DNA of 64,000 nucleotides, from positions 471 through 64,470 of the forward strand of contig CAVGEY010000013.1 in assembly GCA_963628435.1 (NCBI GenBank), in the 5' to 3' direction. The translations under genes and the position numbers were made by a program. Positions 59,245-64,000 of this stretch are shown here, one piece after another. The stretch's first letter is position 1. Each line of letters opens with the position of its first letter. The notes beneath the pieces are model-generated. The model did no database searches and was not told where the DNA came from. It was given only the letters and a program-made list of their open reading frames with translations. Source of the stretch: a bacterium. Its GTDB lineage: Bacteria > Bacillota > Clostridia > Oscillospirales > CAG-272.

Positions 59245-60456
59245 TTATTTTGATTTGACATTATTTTTGGCTTGATTTCTTTTTCGCAGACTTACAAATC
59301 CTATCGCCGCAAGCGAAACAAGAGGAAAGACTATTGAAAAAAGCAGCCCCCATTTAAGCTCACCGTTCATTTTCCCCGAAATCAGACCTACAAGAGAAGG
59401 TCCGCATACACATCCTACATCTCCGCCGAGCGCGAGAAGCGCGAACATGGCGGTACCGCCGTCGGGATATCGTTCACTCGCAAGGCTGTATGTACCCGGC
59501 CACATTACCGCTACCGAAATGCCGCAAACGGCGCATCCCGCAAGCGCAAGCCACGGAATGGGTGAAAGCGATGCGATAAGATATGCCGCTATGCATAAAA
59601 CAGAGGAGGCCGCGAAGAGTTTGTCAAGCGGATATTTCTTCGATATTTTCGACATAAAAACACGCGAAATTCCCATCAGAAGAGCAAACATACACGGTCC
59701 TAAAAGATCACCGAGAGTTTTGTCAACCGAAAGTCCCGCTTCCGCAAAAGCAGATGCCCATTGGCTCATTGCATTTTCGGATGCTCCTGCGCAAATCATC
59801 AAAATCGCAAAATAGTAAAATCCGGGAGTGGTCAGCACCTGCCTGACCGTTTTCGTTTTTTCACCGCCGCCGAGAACATTTATCGGAACGAAAATCGCGT
59901 AGACGGCATTGAGCAGCGGAACTGCCGCCCAAATCACGGCGAGTATTTTCCATTCGGTTATTCCGAAAATCCCGAAAAATAATGTCGACAGAAGAACGAC
60001 CGTCATTTGACCGAAGCAGTATGCCGAATGAAGAAGACTCATTTGCGAAGCCTTGTTGTCGGTGGGACATGCCTCAACAGTCGGACTGATAAGCACTTCG
60101 ATAAGTCCTCCGCCCGAAGCGAAAAGCACATACGAGATAATCAGACCGATAAAAGGATTTGAAAACATATCCGGAAGGAATGCGAGCGCGACCAATCCGA
60201 ATGAGCAGAGCAGATGCGCACATATTATAGATGTGCGGTAGCCGATCTTGTCGATAAAATAGGCGGATACAAAATCCATTATCAGCTGAATCGTAAAGTT
60301 TATCGTTATAAGAAGCGATATTTTCTCAAGCGATATTCCATAGCCCTTGTTGAATGTCAAGAAGAGAAGCGGTGCGAAATTTATCACAATGGCCTGAGAT
60401 ACATATCCGATGTAACACATCGAAATCGTGTGTTTGTAAGTGAGTTTGTTTTTCAT
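59245..60456 (-). CDS. MFS transporter
   Basis: About 12 hydrophobic segments. The ORF is open to 60519, so the start is uncertain. Confidence 0.75.
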   Translation of the reverse strand: MKNKLTYKHTISMCYIGYVSQAIVINFAPLLFLTFNKGYGISLEKISLLITINFTIQLIMDFVSAYFIDKIGYRTSIICAHLLCSFGLVALAFLPDMFSNPFIGLIISYVLFASGGGLIEVLISPTVEACPTDNKASQMSLLHSAYCFGQMTVVLLSTLFFGIFGITEWKILAVIWAAVPLLNAVYAIFVPINVLGGGEKTKTVRQVLTTPGFYYFAILMICAGASENAMSQWASAFAEAGLSVDKTLGDLLGPCMFALLMGISRVFMSKISKKYPLDKLFAASSVLCIAAYLIASLSPIPWLALAGCAVCGISVAVMWPGTYSLASERYPDGGTAMFALLALGGDVGCVCGPSLVGLISGKMNGELKWGLLFSIVFPLVSLAAIGFVSLRKRNQAKNNVKSK

Positions 60457-60697
60457 TACTTGCCGGGCTGCCTCATTAAAAATTTCGGCCGTCGGATTTT
60501 GCTTTCCGGCACGGCCCATAAGTTCATTCTATCAAAAAAAACATAAAAAGTAAATAGAAAATAATAAAATAAAAAGGGAAAATCATTAAAAAGAATATTG
60601 AAACAATGAATTGACCGACTTATCGGAGAAAAATCGTATATTTTATTAGACTATGTTAACTTTCTATAAATTTAATAAGAAAAAATAAATTAAAGTG

Positions 60698-60726
60698 TTG
60701 ACATTGCATAAAATACATGTTATAAT
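60698..60726 (+). promoter_or_regulatory. Putative sigma-A promoter of hpf
   Basis: TTGACA-17 nt-TATAAT with a TGn extension (TGTTATAAT). Confidence 0.7.
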
Positions 60727-60774
60727 AAATCAGCATTTGAAACAGATGCAATTTAACCGAAAGGCGGGAACACC

Positions 60775-61314
60775 ATGAAGATTAATGTCACGGGAAGACA
60801 AATTGAAATTACGCAGTCGTTTAAGGATCATATCGAAAAGAAACTTGCAAAATTCGATAAGTATTTCCGGAATGACGCCACGGCAAAGGTTAAGGTGGGA
60901 AAAAGACCGAACCTTGAAACGGTCGAGCTGACAGTGGAGAGTCAGGGAACAATCTTCAGAAGCGAACAGTCGGCCGAAACAGCCATGAATGCACTTGACG
61001 AATGTATTTATTCAATCGAAAGACAGATTCGTAAGAATAAGACAAGACTCGAAAAAAAGCTTCGTCAGGGAGTTTTCGTAAAGGGATCCGAAAGCTATGT
61101 TATTCCGGAAGTGGGAGAGGAATCGTCTGATGACGAAAATGAAGTGGTTCGCGAAAAGACTTTCAAATTAAAGCCGATGTCGATTGACGAGGCGATTATG
61201 CAGATGAATCTGCTCGGCCATTCATTTTTTGTATATGTAAATGATTCAAGCGGAAAAGTAAATGTGGTTTATCGCAGAAATGACGGTAAATACGGTAATA
61301 TAATGCCCGAATAA
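60775..61314 (+). CDS. hpf: Ribosome hibernation promoting factor (long form)
   Basis: The N-terminus is MKINVTGRQIEIT...KDHIEKKL. The C-terminal dimerisation domain reads KPMSIDEAIMQMNLLGHSFFVY. Confidence 0.93.
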   Translation: MKINVTGRQIEITQSFKDHIEKKLAKFDKYFRNDATAKVKVGKRPNLETVELTVESQGTIFRSEQSAETAMNALDECIYSIERQIRKNKTRLEKKLRQGVFVKGSESYVIPEVGEESSDDENEVVREKTFKLKPMSIDEAIMQMNLLGHSFFVYVNDSSGKVNVVYRRNDGKYGNIMPE

Positions 61315-61322
61315 AATCCAAT

Positions 61323-61350
61323 CGGCCCGGCGGACAATTCCGTCGGGCCG
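61323..61350 (+). other. GC-rich hairpin after hpf lacking a 3' U-tract
   Basis: CGGCCCGGCGGA-CAAT-TCCGTCGGGCCG forms a 12-bp stem. It is followed by an A-run rather than a T-run. Confidence 0.4.
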
Positions 61351-61390
61351 AAAAATAAAAATAAAAATTGCGTAAAATTCGTAAAATAAC

Positions 61391-61419
61391 TTGACATCAT
61401 CGATGATTTGTGTTATAAT
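61391..61419 (+). promoter_or_regulatory. Putative sigma-A promoter of tRNA-Pro
   Basis: TTGACA-17 nt-TATAAT with a TGn extension. The -10 element ends 15 nt before the tRNA 5' end. Confidence 0.7.
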
Positions 61420-61434
61420 CTCTTGCGTTGGTGA

Positions 61435-61511
61435 CGGGGTGTGGCTCAGCTTGGTAGAGTGCTTGGTTCGGGTCCAAGAGGCCGCGCGTTCGAATCGCGC
61501 CACTCCGACCA
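61435..61511 (+). tRNA. tRNA-Pro (anticodon CGG)
   Basis: A manual cloverleaf fits: acceptor CGGGGTG/CACTCCG, D stem GCTC/GAGT, anticodon stem CTTGG/CCAAG with loop TT-CGG-GT (G37), and T arm GCGCG-TTCGAAT-CGCGC. The CCA end is encoded. Length is 77 nt. Confidence 0.9.
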
Positions 61512-61513
61512 TT

Positions 61514-61547
61514 AAAACGCACCTGTAGCGATACAGGTGCGTTTTTG
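61514..61547 (+). terminator. tRNA-Pro terminator
   Basis: ACGCACCTGTA-GCGA-TACAGGTGCGT is followed by TTTTTG. Confidence 0.88.
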
Positions 61548-61606
61548 TTAATCTGTCCGAAGCGGCGGGTATCGGCCAAACGGCTTTTGAATGTGAGGTG
61601 CTTAGA

Positions 61607-62737
61607 TTGTTCATTGTAGGAATTGTTTGCGAATATAATCCGCTTCACCTCGGCCATATCGAACAGCTTCGCGCCATTGATAATCTGCTCGGCAAAGATA
61701 ATAACCTGAAGATAGCTCTTATGTCGGGAAATTATGTTCAGCGCGGTGAGCCCGCAATAGTCTCCAAATCTGTCAGAGCACGTGCGGCAGTGCTGTCCGG
61801 CGTTGATCTCGTGCTCGAATATCCTTTTCCGTATTCCTGCGCACCGGCGAAAAATTTTGCCGATAATGCGGTAGCGCTGTTCGATCGACTCGGAGCTGTC
61901 GATTATTTGTGCTTCGGAAGCGAGTCCGCCGATGCGGAACTCCTCACGAAATCATCGAAAATCCTTGCATCCGATGAGTTTGAGCGGAACCTTTCGGATG
62001 CCGTAAAAAACAATCCCGAAAAAAAGAATTATGCCACGCTTCGCGCCGAAACTTTTGAAAAGATGTCGAATATCGAACTTCTTTCAACTCCGAATGATAT
62101 TCTTGCACTCGAATATCTTACCGCCATCGAAAAAAGAAAATCGGCGATAAAGCCTCTTGTAATTTCGCGCGTGGGAGACTTCAGCGCGGGTGCGGCACGG
62201 AAACTCATGCAAAACGGTGAAAATCTTGACGGCTGTCTTCCGCAAACCATGACCTATGCGATGAAAGGCGAAACTCGCGTTGTGCTCGATGATTTTTCAA
62301 AAACACTTGTACCTTATTTCAGATTGTCCGATCCCGACGATTTGTCGCGTTACGCCGAAATGACATTTGATCTGGCGTGTCGAATCGTAAATGCCTCGAA
62401 AAAATCGCGAACCGTCGGTGAACTTGTCGAAAATACCGCATCAAAAAATTACACGAATGCGAGAATACGACGTGCTCTGCTGCTCTCATATTTCAGGGTT
62501 ACCGCCGATAGGCTGAACACAGAGCCGAATACGGTCAGACTGCTTGCCGCAAATGATCGGGGCAGAACTCTCTTAAGGGAAATATCGAAAAAAAGCGCCC
62601 TGACCGTTGTGTCGTCGGCAAGACCGAAAGCCGTGATTTCGGAGAGCAACGATTTTTCGCTGACTGCCGATTCGATTTATGCTCTTGTTTCGGGCATGAA
62701 GACCGATTTTTACAGTGAAAAACCTTTTTTGGGGTGA
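61607..62737 (+). CDS. tmcAL: tRNA(Met) cytidine acetate ligase TmcAL (YlbM/UPF0348 nucleotidyltransferase)
   Basis: The N-terminus is VGIVCEYNPLHLGHIEQL. The TTG 61607 start lies 6 nt after GAGGTG; the ORF is open from 61598. Confidence 0.8.
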   Translation: MFIVGIVCEYNPLHLGHIEQLRAIDNLLGKDNNLKIALMSGNYVQRGEPAIVSKSVRARAAVLSGVDLVLEYPFPYSCAPAKNFADNAVALFDRLGAVDYLCFGSESADAELLTKSSKILASDEFERNLSDAVKNNPEKKNYATLRAETFEKMSNIELLSTPNDILALEYLTAIEKRKSAIKPLVISRVGDFSAGAARKLMQNGENLDGCLPQTMTYAMKGETRVVLDDFSKTLVPYFRLSDPDDLSRYAEMTFDLACRIVNASKKSRTVGELVENTASKNYTNARIRRALLLSYFRVTADRLNTEPNTVRLLAANDRGRTLLREISKKSALTVVSSARPKAVISESNDFSLTADSIYALVSGMKTDFYSEKPFLG

Positions 62738-62842
62738 GCCGTACAGAAAGTTAACAGAAAATACATAAATCACGAACCCGTATGGTGTATAATAAAAAAT
62801 AATATTGAGTTAAAAATATAGATAAATATGGGAGGTAAAACA

Positions 62843-63187
62843 ATGGAAACAACCGTAAAGGGTAAATACCTTATATATAAAGGACAGCCTCTTGTAAGAG
62901 AAAACAATACCATATGTTACGGCAGTACCGATAATAAATGCGTTCTGTTCCTGATGATTTTATCTAATAAAACAGTTAACATTAACGCAAAGGATAATGC
63001 ATCCAAAGACAGTGCAAACAAGACGATATCCAAGAAAGTTGAAATTCCCGACAGCATTCTCGGTCAGGTCGTAAGCACCGATACCACAAAAAAACCTCAT
63101 GAGAGAATTTTGAAGCAGTTCAATAAGAACGGGCTTTATGAGGCATTGGATTTCGGAATCGATGTTATGAATCGGTTTAATAAGTAA
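62843..63187 (+). CDS. Hypothetical protein (114 aa)
   Basis: GGGAGG lies 7 nt before ATG 62843 and the gene has its own terminator. I recognise no family motif. Confidence 0.5.
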   Translation: METTVKGKYLIYKGQPLVRENNTICYGSTDNKCVLFLMILSNKTVNINAKDNASKDSANKTISKKVEIPDSILGQVVSTDTTKKPHERILKQFNKNGLYEALDFGIDVMNRFNK

Positions 63188-63218
63188 GCCGTAACGTCGG
63201 AAAAAAGAAACCGTAAGC

Positions 63219-63262
63219 TCCCAAAGCAAATTATCTGCTGCGATTTGCTTTGGGACTTATTT
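63219..63262 (+). terminator. Terminator of the hypothetical gene
   Basis: TCCCAAAGCAAAT-(11 nt)-ATTTGCTTTGGGA is followed by CTTATTTG. Confidence 0.75.
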
Positions 63263-63297
63263 GTCGAAAATTATTTTAATTAAAAGCAAAAAAAGTA

Positions 63298-63326
63298 TTG
63301 ACAAACAAATTATGCTGTGATATAAT
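63298..63326 (+). promoter_or_regulatory. Putative sigma-A promoter of tRNA-Gln
   Basis: TTGACA-17 nt-TATAAT with a TGn extension. Confidence 0.7.
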
Positions 63327-63361
63327 CTAGAACGCTGGCAGAAAGCTATGCACACCTATTT

Positions 63362-63435
63362 TGAGGATTTGTGTAAAGGTAGCACGACAGACTCTGACTC
63401 TGTTTGTTGGGGTTCGAATCCCTAATCCTCAGCCA
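63362..63435 (+). tRNA. tRNA-Gln (anticodon CUG)
   Basis: A manual cloverleaf fits: acceptor TGAGGAT/ATCCTCA (U1-A72, typical of bacterial tRNA-Gln), D stem GTGT/GCAC, anticodon stem ACAGA/TCTGT with loop CT-CTG-AC, and T arm TGGGG-TTCGAAT-CCCTA. The CCA end is encoded. Length is 74 nt. Confidence 0.88.
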
Positions 63436-63462
63436 TATTGTCATACCGATTCGGATGACTAC

Positions 63463-63498
63463 AAAAACCCGGATGCCATAAGGCATTCGGGTTTTTTT
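63463..63498 (+). terminator. tRNA-Gln terminator
   Basis: CCCGGATGCC-ATAA-GGCATTCGGG is followed by TTTTTTT. Confidence 0.88.
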
Positions 63499-63632
63499 GG
63501 TACATACTGTCGCAGTGCATTTTTGAAAGATGCCAAGCAAAAAAAATACCGCGCAGCAAGTTTATTTCATTGATAAACATATATTTTTATGATATACTGA
63601 TTGTATAAATTGCCAAAATACGGAGGAAATGC

Positions 63633-64000
63633 ATGAATAACAAAAGTTATTGGATATGGCATTGGGGAGACTACGAGATCTATCACATTATGAATGTACA
63701 TCTTCGCCGTGAAGAGTAAGGCTATCATCGTCCTCCCTTCTGGAAAATATCAACGCCCTATGTGTCGGTTAAATTCAGAAAACAAATAAATTCAAACGGC
63801 GGCTATCTTATATGTCACATCAACGGAGACGGGCATGTGGCTGTCGATGACATAAGATGCCGTGAAAATACCCGTATACAACTTTCTCCCGGACCTCACA
63901 GAATTGAAATCCTTGTTTCCAACCGTAACGGTCTGCCCGCCGTTTTTGTTGAAAGTGACGTTTGTCCCAGTGACGAAAGTTGGATGTGCAATCATTTTGC
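63633..64000 (+). pseudogene. 5' part of a glycosidase-like gene (rhamnosidase/six-hairpin-like N-terminus) interrupted by an in-frame TAA; runs off the window
   Basis: GGAGG lies 6 nt before ATG 63633, which opens MNNKSYWIWHWGDYEIYHIMNVHLRREE. TAA follows at 63717-63719. The same frame then continues without stops to the window end (GYHRPPFWKISTPYVSVKF...ILVSNRNGLPAVFVESDVCPSDESW). Confidence 0.5.

Noticed and set aside
61323-61350. Hairpin after hpf as a canonical terminator
   Set aside because: The stem is strong, but it is followed by an A-run rather than a U-tract on the hpf strand. It is kept only as a generic hairpin feature with low confidence.
61246-61657. Minus-strand ORFs (122 and 86 aa) overlapping tRNA-Pro; likewise 63346-63573 overlapping tRNA-Gln
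   Set aside because: They overlap well-folded tRNA genes together with their promoters and terminators. No coding signal is present.
1-64000. Search for a defence, toxin-antitoxin, CRISPR, secretion or biosynthetic gene cluster
   Set aside because: Every multi-gene block could be assigned to known housekeeping or transport functions. The few unknown ORFs (29667-29957, 47017-47499, 51889-52497, 62843-63187) are isolated single genes, not a co-oriented cluster. No novel system is claimed.

Overview
This is a 64-kb chromosomal segment from a Firmicutes/Clostridia-type genome. That assignment rests on gene order, on TTGACA-17-TATAAT promoters with TGn extensions, and on GGAGG ribosome-binding sites. 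I support about 58 protein-coding genes, 2 tRNA genes, 2 probable pseudogenes, and a set of rho-independent terminators and sigma-A-like promoters.

Most of the window is conserved housekeeping:
- pyruvate kinase (5' truncated by the window edge)
- nnr, rlmA-like and miaA
- the late cell-division cluster: HlyD-like, ylmE, sepF, ylmG, ylmH, divIVA, ileS, lspA, rluD, tatD
- rpsT and rpoB-rpoC
- a LivJHMGF-type branched-chain amino-acid ABC transporter
- an OmpR-type response regulator, then ychF, a histidine kinase, a TetR regulator and ftsH
- rpe, ispF-ispD and an M18 aminopeptidase
- the pepP-efp block, yqeG, a Xer-like recombinase and radA
- fhs, tsaE, tsaB, rpiB, tcdA, maa, an MFS transporter, hpf, tRNA-Pro(CGG), tmcAL and tRNA-Gln(CUG)

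The accessory content is small:
- a glycoside-hydrolase cluster at 1.2-7.1 kb
- a six-domain Big_2 surface lipoprotein
- a glycosidase gene fragment at the right edge

I see no CRISPR array, rRNA, IS element, transposase, prophage, toxin-antitoxin pair or recognisable defence genes. I cannot honestly point to a convincing novel multi-gene system in this window.

The observations most worth a second look are:
1. A doubly frameshifted gene for a signal-peptide / Thr-Pro-linker / TM-anchor protein inside the glycosidase operon.
2. A 1111-aa, apparently cytoplasmic, GH127-like multidomain enzyme.
3. A long, structured leader with a terminator-like hairpin upstream of an rpoBC operon that is detached from rplJL.
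4. An acidic zinc-ribbon protein next to efp.
5. A two-component system split by ychF.
6. An in-frame TAA in the last gene.

All family assignments come from motif recognition by eye. No database search or folding program was run.
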